Shown: positions 13,748 to 29,267 of the stretch, one piece after another | How positions within the stretch are numbered: the first letter of the stretch is position 1 | How the letters are laid out: every line of letters begins with the position of its first letter | NCBI GenBank assembly: GCA_964016885.1 | Contig: OZ024761.1 | Location: 3,038,001-3,102,000 of the forward strand | DNA from: Eledone cirrhosa | Taxonomy: Eukaryota | DNA: 64,000 nucleotides | Reading direction: 5' to 3' | Notes under the pieces: model-generated | Databases searched by the model: none | What the model was told of the DNA's origin: nothing | What the model saw: the letters and a program-made list of their open reading frames with translations, nothing else | Position numbers and translations under genes: made by a program

Positions 13748-14478
13748 GACATGTATAGGTACATGTAGCGATACATGTCTCCACGTAGCTCCCTATACAT
13801 GTATTTAGACAATGTTCCTATACATGTAGAGAGACATATCTCTATACATGTATAGATATATGTAGAGATACATGTAGAGATGCATGTAGAGAGACATGTA
13901 TAGAAACATGTATAGATACATGTAGAATTACATGTAGAGATACATATAGAGAGACATGTTTCTATAGATGTTACTATACATGTATAGCAACATGTCTCTC
14001 TACATGTCTCTCCATATGTATCTCTACATATCACTGTAGAGATACATGTAGAGATACATGTAGAGATGCATGTCTCTCCACATGTCTCTCTACATGTCTC
14101 TCTACATGTCTTTCTACATGTCTCTCCACATGTTTCTCTACATCGCTCTCTCCACCTCTCTCTACATGTCTCTCTACATGTCTCTCTACATGTCACTCCA
14201 CATGTCTCTCTACATGTATCTCTACATCTCTCTCTACACCTCTCTCTACATGTATCTCTACATCTCTCTCTACACCTCTCTCTACATGTATCTCTACATC
14301 TCTCTATATCTCTCTCTACACCTCTCTCTACATGTATCTCTACATCTCTCTCTACATCTCTCACTACACCTCTCTCTACATGTATCTCTATATCTCTCTA
14401 CATCTCTCACTACACCTCTCTCTACATGTATCTCTACATCTCTCTCTACATCTCTCTCTACATGTAACTCTACATGTT
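13748..14478. repeat. About 12 bp ACATGT-based minisatellite with orientation switch
   Basis: ACATGTAGAGAT units, then ACATGTCTCTCT units. Confidence 0.9.
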
Positions 14479-15429
14479 CCTATTTAGAAATCCCCCCCCC
14501 CCCCCACAATATTTTTCTTTAAACCTCCATCTTGTTACTGTCCATCTAATTACTTTCATTCCTCAATAGCGGAACTTTCCAGATACACATTTCTTATTTG
14601 ACTTCCCCAACCTACTTCTTCTTCTTCTTCTTATTATTATTATTATTATTATTCTCTTTTCTTCTTTTTCTTCTTTCTTCTTCTTATATTCTGAGTTCAA
14701 ATCCCGCCGAGGTTAACTTTGCCTTTCATCCTTACAGGGTCGATAAAATAAAGTACCAGTAATGCACTGGGTAATTGCTGGCCTTGTGCCAAAAGTAGAA
14801 ACAACTATTATCGTTTTTCGTTTTCTTCTTCTTCTGCCACTTATTCCTGGGATGGTCGTGGTGGGTGGGCAGAGCCCTCGAACACTCTTTCCAGTAGGTC
14901 CTCGTGCTTTTTCGTTCCGCCTCAAAAGGGTGTAAAGTAAAGACAACCTCAGTGTGTTTGGAACCCAGAAGTCAGGAAGGAATAGCATAAAACCTTCTCT
15001 CCGTTCTTCTAACTACTCTGCTGATATTCTGCACGTATTGTGCTTATATCATAAATCAATAGAATCTCATACAGCTATGTTTGTGTGGACATCATGGCCG
15101 ACAAAATGGCGGACATCATGGCAACACTCTTCAACGTATCTATAAATACCGTGGCCCAGTATTTAACAACCTGATCAATATTAGGTTACAAAAGTCGGCC
15201 TAATTTTTGCTCTGCAGCTTCTTCTTCGTCTAACTTCTCATTCTTCTTCGTCTAACTTCTCCTTCTCCTTCTTCGTTGTCTTCTTCTTCTTCTTCTTCTT
15301 CTTCTTCTTCTTCTTCTTCTTCTTCTTCTTCTTCTTCTTCTTCTTCTTCTTTTTTTCTTCTTCTTCTTCTAACTTCTTCTTCTTCTCCTCCTTCGTCTAC
15401 TTCGTCTTCTTCTTCTACTTCTTCATCTA

Positions 15430-15460
<31 letters not shown>

Positions 15461-15471
15461 CTTCTTCTTCG

Positions 15472-15688
15472 CCCACTTATTCCTGTGAGTATCGTGGGGG
15501 CAGAGTCCTCAAACACTCCTTCCAGCAGGTCCTGTCAGAAGCAACCGTCTCCATCTGATCCTGCTGGATCTCCAAGCGTGACCAGCCAAACTCATGGATG
15601 TTATCCAACCATCTTACTGAGGTCTACCCGTAGGTCTCCTGCCAGTTAGTTTCGCCCATAAAATCTGTCCAGCCATTCTTTCCTGAGT
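15472..15688 (-). mobile_element. RTE LINE 3' end with (GAA)n tail at 15220-15470
   Basis: Reverse complement of the 11640-11880 sequence, followed by a long trinucleotide tail. Confidence 0.75.
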
Positions 15689-16119
15689 AAACACCTCTCA
15701 GTGTTTATGTTGCTCTTTATATATAATCAGGCTAGAAAAGTTTTTTGGCCAAATCTTCCGAGATTTATAAATGAATTAATAATTAGTAATTGCAAATAAG
15801 TTCATTAAGAAAAAGCGTTCCTCTAATTTGATGTGATATCTTCGTAGTAATTATTAGCTACCATGGGAACATAAGTACATATTTTCTAAGATCCAGTAAC
15901 TTCATATATTCTGTGAATAATCTGACCCCAGGAGGGGGAATGTGTAAAAACAGAAATATAACGAAGTAATTATATTGAAGACAATCTAGTGAAACAGTAA
16001 TTAATCTGTGATGTCATCGATACATGAACCCCACAGGGGACTATACCCTCCCCCCCCTCTGCATTTCAGTATACTCTTTAAATTCTCATCAATGGTTTAT
16101 TTCGATGTAAACAAACAGT

Positions 16120-16167
<48 letters not shown>

Positions 16168-16249
16168 AGTGTGTGTGTGCATAAAACAGTAAAAACAGAA
16201 GTCAGGTGTAGTCATATATATATTTATTTATAATAATAATAATAATAAT

Positions 16250-16438
16250 TGTTTCTACTTTTTGGCACAAGGCCAGCAAACACCCAGTGCATTACTGGTA
16301 CTTTATTTTATCGACCACGTAAGGATGAAGGGCAAAGTTAACCTTGGCGGCATTTGAACTCAAAATGGCAAGGGCCGTAACTCTATGCGTCAAAGCATGG
16401 CGTCCGACCCTCTGCCGATACTGCCAATCTACCGCCCT

Positions 16439-16481
<43 letters not shown>

Positions 16482-16750
16482 GTTTCATTTATTGGCCACA
16501 AGGGCCGACATATAGGGGACAATACAAAAGATAGGGACAGTGGGGGTTTATATATACAACGTTGAAATTGTTTCTACTTTTGGCACAAGGCCAGCAATTA
16601 ACCAGTGCATTACTGGTACTTTATTTTATCGACCCTATAAGGATGAATGGCAAAGTTAACCTCGACGTGATTTAAACTCAGACCGTAAAGGGGCGTAACT
16701 CTTTGCTGCAAAACATGGTGTCTGACCCTCTACCGATTCTGCCAATCCAC
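16250..16750 (-). mobile_element. Two SINE family 1 copies
   Basis: Reverse complements of the 196-378 element at about 16250-16437 and 16568-16750. Confidence 0.9.
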
Positions 16751-16807
16751 ATTTCCATATAGTCATAGTAATAAACAAAAGATATATACTTTATATTATT
16801 TCTATTT

Positions 16808-16884
16808 ATTTCATTATATATATTTCGAAGATGTAAAGTTCTATGTATAACATAAAGCCAAACATGTTCTCCTCAGACAAAATA
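16808..16884 (-). ncRNA. Type I hammerhead (family C, TATATA loop 3)
   Basis: TATTTTGT-CTGAGGA-GAA..TTC-GAAA-TATATA-TA-ATGAAATA. Confidence 0.7.
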
Positions 16885-17147
16885 TATAGAAAATGTATCA
16901 TTTTTTCCTGATATGCTGGTAGACAAACTGGACAGATCGGTGACCAGGCATATTAGAAATACCTCAGCACATAAGGGGTTTACGTGACTGAGAGAAAATA
17001 TTAAGTTGGTTTAAACTTTTCATAAATTATTTAATATTTTTTCATATATATATATATTGGCTTTTTGCTACAATATTTTCTATACCTTTCATTTATATAT
17101 ATATATATTTTTTAAAATCCAAATTCAATAAACAGACCAGGATTATT

Positions 17148-17206
17148 TTCATTCTGAGGATTAAAAGCAAAATCTTTTGCTTTTAAGAAACCACTGGTAA
17201 ATGGAA
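17148..17206 (+). ncRNA. Type I hammerhead (family D)
   Basis: TTCATT-CTGAGGA-TTAAAAGCAAAA.TC.TTTTGCTTTTAA-GAAA-CC.ACT.GG-TA-AATGGA. Confidence 0.85.
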
Positions 17207-17288
17207 TAATTGCCTTATGTTGTTTATTACATAACTATATATATATATATATATATATAGTTATGTAATAAACAACATAAGATAATTA

Positions 17289-17349
17289 TTTCATTTATCA
17301 GTGGTTTCTTGAAAGCAAACAAAATTTGCTTTCAGTCATCAGAATGAAA
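17289..17349 (-). ncRNA. Type I hammerhead (family D, diverged)
   Basis: TTTCATT-CTGATGA-CTGAAAGCAAA.TTTTG.TTTGCTTTCAA-GAAA-CCACTGA-TA-AATGAAA. Confidence 0.78.
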
Positions 17350-18596
17350 GAAATCCTGGTGTATTTATTAACAGTGGATTTTAAAAACAAAAATATAATC
17401 TATATGAAAGTGAGGCTGGAAAAGGAAGAAGGAAAGGAAAAAGAATAAGTATAAAAGTAGATAAACACGCATACACCCACACACACATATACATATATAT
17501 ACACACACATATATATATACACACACACACATATACATATACATATACATATACATACATACACATATATATATGCACATATCCATATATACACATACAT
17601 GGACAACCTTTTAATGGAATAGGTCGTCACATAAAAATAAAAATAAAAATATACGACTTAAGAAAATAAAAATAAAAATTATTATAAAGTTGACAGCGAT
17701 ACAGTAAAGGACACAAATAAATGAACAAACACACGTGGTAAGCAATACACACAATTACACATACACATATATACATATAAATATATACATTCACACACAT
17801 ACACACACATATACATACACATATATATATATACATATGTATATACACATATATATATATATACACACACATACACATATAAATATATATATATATAAAT
17901 GAAAGATATAGAAATTGTTTTAGCGAGAAGCTAACAGTATTCCATAACATATACTCGACTATGTCGTCAAGATGGGAAAAATAGTTAACGTAAGATGTAG
18001 GAAAAATAATTCAAACTCATCTCAAAAGAGAATCAGGATATAAATTCATCCACAGAATTTAGTGAAATCCAGGGAAAAATCAATAGAGCCTTAACTCATG
18101 ATAAAATAAAGTCTAAAATACTTATCCTTCAATTTGGAAAAACATCAAATTCTCTGTATAGTCTTAAAGACTATTTCATGAAAGCTTTCAGTGGAGATGG
18201 TCACGGTTGGATTTCAATCGTCAGCAGAGCTCAACCAGATAACCAGGACTCTCACAGATTTATAAGCCAAAAAGGGAATTTTAAAACTGGCTAGTTCACC
18301 ATCATGCGTGATTATGAAAAACGCACATGAGGAAAACAGGGCTAGTGACGTCAGGATGAAATGAATGTTTGTTTACAAGAAATAACAGTCAAATACATTC
18401 CGAAAAAAACTCTACAAAAGGAGTTCAGCAAAAAGCAATATTATCGCATATATATATATGTATGTGTGTAAAACTCATTCTTAGATGTATTCATTGAACC
18501 TTGTTTAACTCTCTCTCTCTCTATATATATATATATATGTTATGGAATACTGTTAGCTTCTCGCTACAATTTCTATACCTTTCATTTATATATATA

Positions 18597-20482
<1,886 letters not shown>

Positions 20483-20492
20483 AATTTGGTTG

Positions 20493-20777
20493 TCAAAACT
20501 CTTTCATCTCCGAATTACACACTTTATCGAGTAACGTTACTCCAAAGATCCTTCGGAGGAACCTTATTTTGGCCGCTTGTATTTGCGATCGTATTCTTTC
20601 GGTCATTACCCAAGATTCATGACAATAGGTAAGGGTTGGTACGAAAACCGAATTGAAGATAACAAGTTTGGCTTTTACGCCCACCTCCCTTCTTCTGACT
20701 ACTGAATGCTGAAGCTGACGCATTACTGCACCAACTTCTGCAATTCTTGCGTATAATTTAAATTTAGCTCCATTCAA
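20493..20777 (-). mobile_element. RTE-clade LINE RT C-terminal fragment
   Basis: KAKLVIFNSVFVPTLTYCHESW..IQAAKIRFLRRIFGVTLLDKV. Confidence 0.88.
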
Positions 20778-20857
20778 TTGATTATTTATTTAGTTGGTGT
20801 CTCTGGACTAAGAAAAAACGTTAAGTTTTATCTGTCTGTTCTTCAAACTTATAATTT

Positions 20858-20905
<48 letters not shown>

Positions 20906-21199
20906 TATGTTAATGGTGATATTTATGAGAGTAAATATGGTGGCACAAAGCAGGCTTTGTTTAGAAACAGCTAGCGAATTTGAAAATTAGGTAGTAACAT
21001 GTGCTTACGCCGTATCTGACTAAATTGAATTAGTCTGTTAGTTGGATTTTAAAAAACCCTCTGAATGGAAAAAAGGATAAGTATTGACGTTCATGGGACA
21101 GGAACACACATCTTTGGTTTGCCGGACCAATGTGTTACCATTATACCAACACAACACCCATGCTTCTTTACATTCAATTAGAACCTATATAACCATAGC

Positions 21200-21252
<53 letters not shown>

Positions 21253-21413
21253 GTTACGCCGTATTTGACTAAATAACAGCGTAAGCACATGTTACTACAT
21301 AATTTTTAAATTTGCTAGCTGTTTATAAACAAGGCCTGCTTGTGTCTCCCTATTTATATACATATATATACCTGCTATGGTTATATAGCTTCTAATTGAA
21401 CGAAAGGGAGCAT

Positions 21414-21488
21414 GGGTGGAGTGTTGGTGTAATGGTAACACATTGGTCCGGCAAACCAAAGATGTGGGTTCGTATCCCATGTATGTCC
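21414..21488 (+). pseudogene. tRNA-like sequence (Ala-like anticodon loop) embedded in a repeat; related copies at 21085-21160 (-) and 33735-33810 (-)
   Basis: TGGTGTAATGGTAA A-box, TTGGT-CCGGCAA-ACCAA anticodon arm, GTGGGTTCGTATCCCAT T-arm. Acceptor stem pairs poorly. Confidence 0.65.
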
Positions 21489-21690
21489 ATACTCATTCTT
21501 TTTTCCATTCAGAGGGTTTTTTAAAATCCAACAAACCCACTAATTCTATTTAGTCAAATACGGTGTAAGCACATGTTACTACCTAACTTTAGGAGAGTAA
21601 ATTTTACTCATTAACTAAGTCTATTTTAGCTCAATGCTATGATAGGATCAAGCAGAGCCAGTATATAATTGCAATGTACTTAAGAACCAA

Positions 21691-21796
21691 AATCAAACTC
21701 TGATGATTCCTACAGTTTATGCTAACTAATAGCAGATTGTTAAATAATTTGATGTCGGTGGCATATTACTATGGGAAGAAACAATTGTCAGTGATT
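21691..21796 (+). ncRNA. Type I hammerhead with about 70 nt stem II domain
   Basis: AATC.AA.ACT-CTGATGA-TTCCTA...TGGGAA-GAAA-C.AATT.G-TC-AGT.GATT. Confidence 0.72.
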
Positions 21797-21836
21797 AAAT
21801 ATCTTGAACTTTAAATTTTAGTTTATAAGCACATTA

Positions 21837-21867
<31 letters not shown>

Positions 21868-21997
21868 CATTGAATTATTGAGCCCTCTGCCACTCATGTC
21901 GGATTTGTTTATCGTAAACTCGTGAGCCGATTTTCCGATACTCGATTATTCTACTATATATATATATATATATATATAATAAACAATACAATATAAT

Positions 21998-22069
21998 TAC
22001 CTCATTACCAGAGGTTTCCTGAATAAGACGAATACAAGAAACGTCCTCATTCGTTCGTCAGACAAGGCA
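21998..22069 (-). ncRNA. Type I hammerhead (family D-related)
   Basis: TGCCTTGT-CTGACGA-..GAATGAG..CTTATTC..-GAAA-CC.TCT.GG-TA-ATGAGGTA. Confidence 0.72.
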
Positions 22070-22825
22070 ATTTAAAACAGTGAAATATTTGAAAAATATC
22101 CTCATAAAGGCAAAAGTTTAACGGGCAAAAAAAATATATAAATAAAAGTAATGCAAGAGATATATAAAAATAAAATAAGGAAATATAGTAAAGGTATGTG
22201 TATAAATGTGTGTATATGCACCTACAAATGTACATATGTGTGTATCTACAAATGCATGTGTATAGTGGGAAAATGTGTGCGTAAGTACATACATGAGGGA
22301 AAGCATATCAGTGTATGTGTGACCACAAATACGTATATAATATATGTTGAAAAAAGGAATTGTAAGATAATAGAGTTAACGTACATACAGATTCAGAGAC
22401 TAAGGTTTGAAATATATACACATTCAAGTATGAAAGCACGCGTATAAACACACACACGCAACCACATACATGTATGTGATATATACAGGGAAGGGAGTGT
22501 ATCAGTCAAAGCAGTGTCAGGCTGAAGGTCGATCATATATAAAAATATAAAATATGAAAATGAAAAAATGAAAAAATATATGAGAATAAAAAAATTAAAT
22601 CAAAGAGAAATTAAGAGGGAGGGGTTATCAATTATAAAGTAACACTAGAAAAAATAGAAAACATACAGAGGTTCGTACGGACATATATATATATAAAATA
22701 ATATATATATATACGTACAGACAAAAGCACATACATGCGTACATACATACAAAAGCGCGCATACATACACACAAAGCACATATATATACATACATGTACA
22801 TCTAATCACACGGACGCACGCGACC

Positions 22826-22864
<39 letters not shown>

Positions 22865-23207
22865 TATATATATATAAGTATGTAAAAAACATAGATATAA
22901 AAAGACACATACACACACACATATACACATACACGCGCACATACGAATGCATTCGTATACATATACAAACACGTATACACACATATGCACACTTACACGC
23001 ATACATACAATATAAAAACCAGCCGTATGAATAAATGTAACTTCAATACTTCAATACTTCAATACTTCAACGGAAACTTCAATACTTATATATATATATA
23101 TATTAATATATCTACTAACATAAGCGCACAGATGTACGCTAATGCCAGCAAATACACAGGTTATGTCATAGTACCTAGGTGGTTCAATGCAGGAGGATGC
23201 AGAACAA

Positions 23208-24035
<828 letters not shown>

Positions 24036-24036
24036 T

Positions 24037-24111
<75 letters not shown>

Positions 24112-24115
24112 AAAT

Positions 24116-25905
24116 GTTGTTATGCTTTCACCAGTTGCTTTCACTCCAATTTATTATAAATCAAATTTATAAATTTCCGGTTGGTTGGTTGGTTCCATAA
24201 CCGGACGGTTGTTCATATATTGTCAAAGTTCTTTCGTCACACATTCTGTGACCTCTTCAGTGACTGGGGATTCTTTTCTTTGTTCTGTCCTACGCCATCT
24301 TGTTTTCGTGTGTGGTGTGTGCTTAGTTTGCGCATGTGTTACATCCGGGTGTCTGTGTGTGTGTTTTCATTTTGTGCCTCTGTCATTTGTCTAAACATTG
24401 CGTCTTTTCTGTGTGTAGATTCTATTTTTATTTCTATGTTCTCTAATTTACCCTTAGTTCTATTTTAGCATATTGGTGGAGTATGATGATTCTTTTTTAT
24501 CTTGAAGTTCTCGCCAGTGTTCATTTAACCGTTCTCCTATACTACGAGCTGTCTCAACAATGTACACTATATTCTTATCTTTACATTGTCCTTCAGTACA
24601 TCTTAATCTATATACTACATTTCTAGTTTTACAGTTAATATGGGGGCTTAGTTTACAGATTATGCATTTCTTATCTATACAGGGAGGTCTTTGAAAAGGG
24701 TATGTATTGCTAATAAGTGTTTTTATGGAGGTACCTGGTCTTTCTACTATCTTAATATTAAGTTTATGTTTATCTAGGGCCCTTCTAAATTTGTAAGCTA
24801 ATTCACCTCTAGGGGTTGTATTGATGAACATTAAACTCTGGTATTTATTGCTATCATACCATGAGTTTATTCTATTAACCTTATTCCTAGTTCTTTCTAT
24901 TCTATTCCAAAATTTGCTCCTATACAAGGGGCAGGTACCATTTGTATCATTGTTTACCATTTTTTCTCATTTGATTCTGGCTCCTCTATATACTCTGATT
25001 TTATCTCTCTGGTTGTAACCAGAGAACTGCATACAGTGGATGAAGTGTTGTATGTGTCTCTCTAGTTCTTTGGGGTTGCACATGCGGGACATGTTTCTCA
25101 TCACCCGTACCAAATCCGCAATCAGTATGTTGATTTTAGTGTGATCCGAAACAGCTGAGTTTCGGTGGATCAGGTATTTGGAAGTCATGGGTTTGGCATA
25201 ATGGGAATGGAGGATTTGTTTTTTGTTATTAATGGTATCTAACCAGAGCTCTGTGTCTAGTACAGATAATCGATGGTTGGGGTTTGCTTGGGTAGTCTAT
25301 AGTAACTCTAATACTCTGGTGGATGGAGTTAGCTATTTGCTGGATGCTTTCCATGGTGTTTTTCTCTAATTCCTGACTGTTCTCTAGTGGGTGTATTTTT
25401 ACTACGATGTTTATATCATCAACGTAACGGGATTACATTATCAGGGTTAAGAGGTTGCTCTCTTCTAATTGTTCTTTAAGTTTAAGTTTAAGTTTATTGT
25501 CCCACCATATCAGGAATAGGTTAGCTATGTCACCTGCTATGCTAACACCAATGGCTGCTCCCTCCTCTCGGGCATATATTTTTCCATTAAATTTGAACAT
25601 ATGTTCCTTAAAGGTTAATTTTATACTGGCCCCCACCGCATGTTTCAATCATTTTCTTTAGTTCATCGTGGTTTTCGGGGGTCGGTATGGCTCTGGTCCA
25701 CCCATTCCATCTTTCTGTGTGGATTTTCTTGGCCATTGAGATAATGGTAGGTTGTCTGCCTCTTGCTGGTCTTGTAGGGCACAGGTTGCTAAGGTCATAC
25801 GTATCTAGATAATCATTACTACAGGTAAGTTTAAGTAGGAGTCCCAGCTCACTGGTATCAATCCCACGGAATTCAACATTGCTCACACAGATCATTTCTA
25901 CGCAA
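24116..25905 (-). mobile_element. 5'-truncated, decayed family A PLE (RT, GIY-YIG, pLTR)
   Basis: ORFs 25608-25895, 25433-25648, 24967-25188 and 24460-24960 are colinear with the 52-55 kb copy. pLTR with HHR at 24222. Left end abuts (TA)n. Confidence 0.92.
24222..24264 (-). ncRNA. Family A hammerhead in PLE 3' pLTR
   Basis: GTCA-CTGAAGA-G-GTCACA.GAATG.TGTGAC-GAAA-GAAC-TT-TGAC. Confidence 0.78.
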
Positions 25906-26180
25906 TAGTGATTGCCTAAACACGTGAAGTGAATTTTTCACACGTTGTCCACACGTCACCAAACATCTATTGCATAACTACAAGGCTCCGGACTGATTCT
26001 TTGTAAGTTTATTTTTAATTTTTTTTAATTTTATTTTCAACCTAAAAACTTTCCGGACTTTCACAGTTATCTCCCTAACACCTCCCGCATGCAGTCTAGT
26101 ATTGCCTGTGTGAAGTGACCGAGTTTCTGCGCATGCGCGTTCGTACGGTTGTTCTTCCTGTTCCTATAACAATACACATC

Positions 26181-26220
26181 CCGAGCTGAAGATCCGCGAG
26201 GGTGAAACAATTGTTCTCGG
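26181..26220 (+). ncRNA. Minimal type I hammerhead (family F); truncated relative at 9121-9155
   Basis: CCGAG-CTGAAGA-TCC.GCGA.GGGT-GAAA-C.AATT.G-TT-CTCGG. Confidence 0.85.
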
Positions 26221-26356
26221 TATGGTGAACTAACTGTTGTGTAACCACTTCTACCTAACCCGTCCCTTGGACTGAGTGCTCTACCACTACGGATATTACC
26301 TTCCAGTGTTCCACCACTATATATATATATATATATATATATACAGTATATATACA

Positions 26357-26394
<38 letters not shown>

Positions 26395-26436
26395 TATATA
26401 TACAGTATATATATATATATATATTATATATATATA

Positions 26437-26522
<86 letters not shown>

Positions 26523-26537
26523 TATATATACAGTATA

Positions 26538-26580
<43 letters not shown>

Positions 26581-26595
26581 TATATATACAGTATA

Positions 26596-26676
<81 letters not shown>

Positions 26677-26686
26677 TATATATACA

Positions 26687-26722
<36 letters not shown>

Positions 26723-26737
26723 TATATATACAGTATA

Positions 26738-26780
<43 letters not shown>

Positions 26781-26784
26781 TATA

Positions 26785-26840
<56 letters not shown>

Positions 26841-26871
26841 TATATAGTTATATCAATGATATTAATAAATG

Positions 26872-26927
26872 GAAATTATATATTTCAAGGGTACCAAAAC
26901 TTTGGTACGCTCTCATCAGATAAAATA
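26872..26927 (-). ncRNA. Family C hammerhead, stem I eroded
   Basis: TTTTAT-CTGATGA-GAGC.GTACCAAA.GT.TTTGGTAC.CCTT-GAAA-TATA-TA. Confidence 0.62.
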
Positions 26928-28137
26928 CGAAGTTTTATAAATATTGACATATCCAGGAAGGGGATCTTAACGGTTCAAGTTTATGTAACATGTAAAATCA
27001 ACATCCTTCGTAACTCATATTAGAAATGTAAACAATTAATACGTGTTTTATATGTGAAGGCGTGTGGCTGAGTGGTTAGAGAATTGTAACCTGGACTACA
27101 ACCGCAAATCCAGGAAATCCAGTCATTTCTGACGTGTATAAGTTGCTTTATAAGTGTTATTTGTTTTTACTTGTTTGCTTTTGATAAGCTTGTGTAATAA
27201 AATAAATATATACTCTGTTGATTTAATTATATGAACTGATAAATTTTTAAAAAATGTGTTTTTTCTTGAAAAATATGAAAATTTCGAAATATCAAACTCC
27301 TCACCACAAACCCAAACTTCTGATTAAATAATAGTGTTTTCTTATAATAATGGGATATAACAAACGAGGATTACATTTAGAACCGGGGAACAAAATATAT
27401 GTTACACGGTGTAATTATCGTGTCGTCTTGAGTTCGTTATGAGTCTCTTTTTTTTATAAAAGGATGCCACAGAGTGTACGATAGATAATGATTACAATAT
27501 TTTTGAGCAACAACTCTAGTCGCACACTTTTGAAGGTTTATTATAACATCCTGTGGCTCTTTTGAGCTTGGGCATTTTTCAGGTCTAGTTGAATAATTTT
27601 TTATTACGCTTGTAATAACTCTAGTTAAATATGATATATATTAATAATAAATTATCGTTGTAATGTAATTAGATTATATAATTGTTATTTTATAAATGAT
27701 CTTATAAATATTATTGTAAGATGTATACAAATATTTTCAGACTTTTAATAGTTAATATAAATTTAAAAAATCATATATAAATTAACAATATAACTTACCA
27801 AAACGAGAAAAATATTTTGATGATAAACGACGAAATATTGGAGGAAGATTCGAAAGCGAAACGATAAATAAACGTGGAATCAAAGTGGCGGATGCTTTTG
27901 AGCAACAATTACTCTCGTTGGTTGATTAACCAATAAGACGATGAAATTAGCCAATAAGACGATACATTACAAAAGATGTTTGGGAGGCATCACCACGGCC
28001 AGCGATACCCCTTGAATTTTTTATTCACAAGCTACGCATGTATGTCACACACAATGTTATCATCAAACAACAACACAGACACGCAGACTTAAAACATTCT
28101 GTTGTTAGTCACTGCGTGTCTAACAGATAATAATAAT

Positions 28138-28345
28138 GATTTCTACTTTAGGCACAAGGCCAGTAATTTGAAGGGGAGGGGAAAGTCGATTAAGTCGACC
28201 CCAGTGCATTACTGGTACTTTATTTTATCAACCCCGTAAGGATGAAAAGGCAAAGTTAACCTCGGCGGGATTTGAACTCAGAATATAAAGGGACATAACT
28301 CTATGCCGTGAAGCATGGTGTCTGACGCTCTACCGATTCTGCCAA
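28138..28345 (-). mobile_element. SINE family 1
   Basis: Same A-box, B-box and core. Confidence 0.9.
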
Positions 28346-29267
28346 TAAATAATGAACAATTATCATGTGAACATTAAATATCAATATAATAATATATAGC
28401 ATTTGTGATTCGACATTTCAATCATTGGTCATAATCTTCTGACGCGGACCATCTGTTCCTCCTGCACAATCTCTTCTCTCTCCTTCTATTATCGATTCAA
28501 CACGATATTACTTAACACTAAAATTGTAAATAAAATGTGACAATACTTGAAATTAATGAAACCAATATTACCAATTATATTTGATTGATCACTGAGTTTG
28601 TTTTTCTAATGGATCAATCTACTTCAGGTACTGTATTATCATCGATTATCGTCTCTCTTGCAGTATGTATAACCCGTTGTAAACACCACTGTATAATTTA
28701 CTGTTAGTTTATCAACAAAATTCTACCTGAAAATATATTTCAGCCGTTGCGCTATTCATATTGAAAACTGTATATTTTCTATTGTTGCTATATTATAGAG
28801 AAAATACTGTCTACCATATTAAAATATCGTTTTTTTTTTTTTTCTACCACCCGAGACTTCCATATTGTATTGAAGTAGGTTTTGAAAGACTTAGGATATA
28901 ATAATGAAGTTATTGAACAAGTAGCAAACTAAGTATGGTTGATTTGTGAGAGAGGGTGGCCAGAAAATACACTTCTAAATTTAGATCTCTTAAATAATTC
29001 CATAATTTTAATTCAGGACACAAACTTGTCTGATATGTTTGCAGTAGAAAAAATAATATTGAAAAAGAAAAAAATTATTTTTATAGTTTATATTTTATAT
29101 ATTTCTAACAAATTATATAAATTTAAGATGAAATATTCAGAGCCATTCAAACTGAAATAGAGATCGGTAAAATAAAAACTCCCAAGAGAATCAAAGGTGT
29201 TAAAAAAGACGTGGTTACTGAATGAAAGAAAGAGAAATAAGTAAATCAATAAATTATCCAAATGCCG

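Noticed and set aside
15971-16014. Decayed HHR-like motifs here and near 9121, 30505, 35105, 36630, 58133, 59065 and 60880
   Set aside because: Each has core substitutions or truncation; counted only as probable relics.
21414-21488. Functional tRNA-Ala gene
   Set aside because: Acceptor stem does not pair well, position 33 is not U, and it is part of a dispersed repeat.
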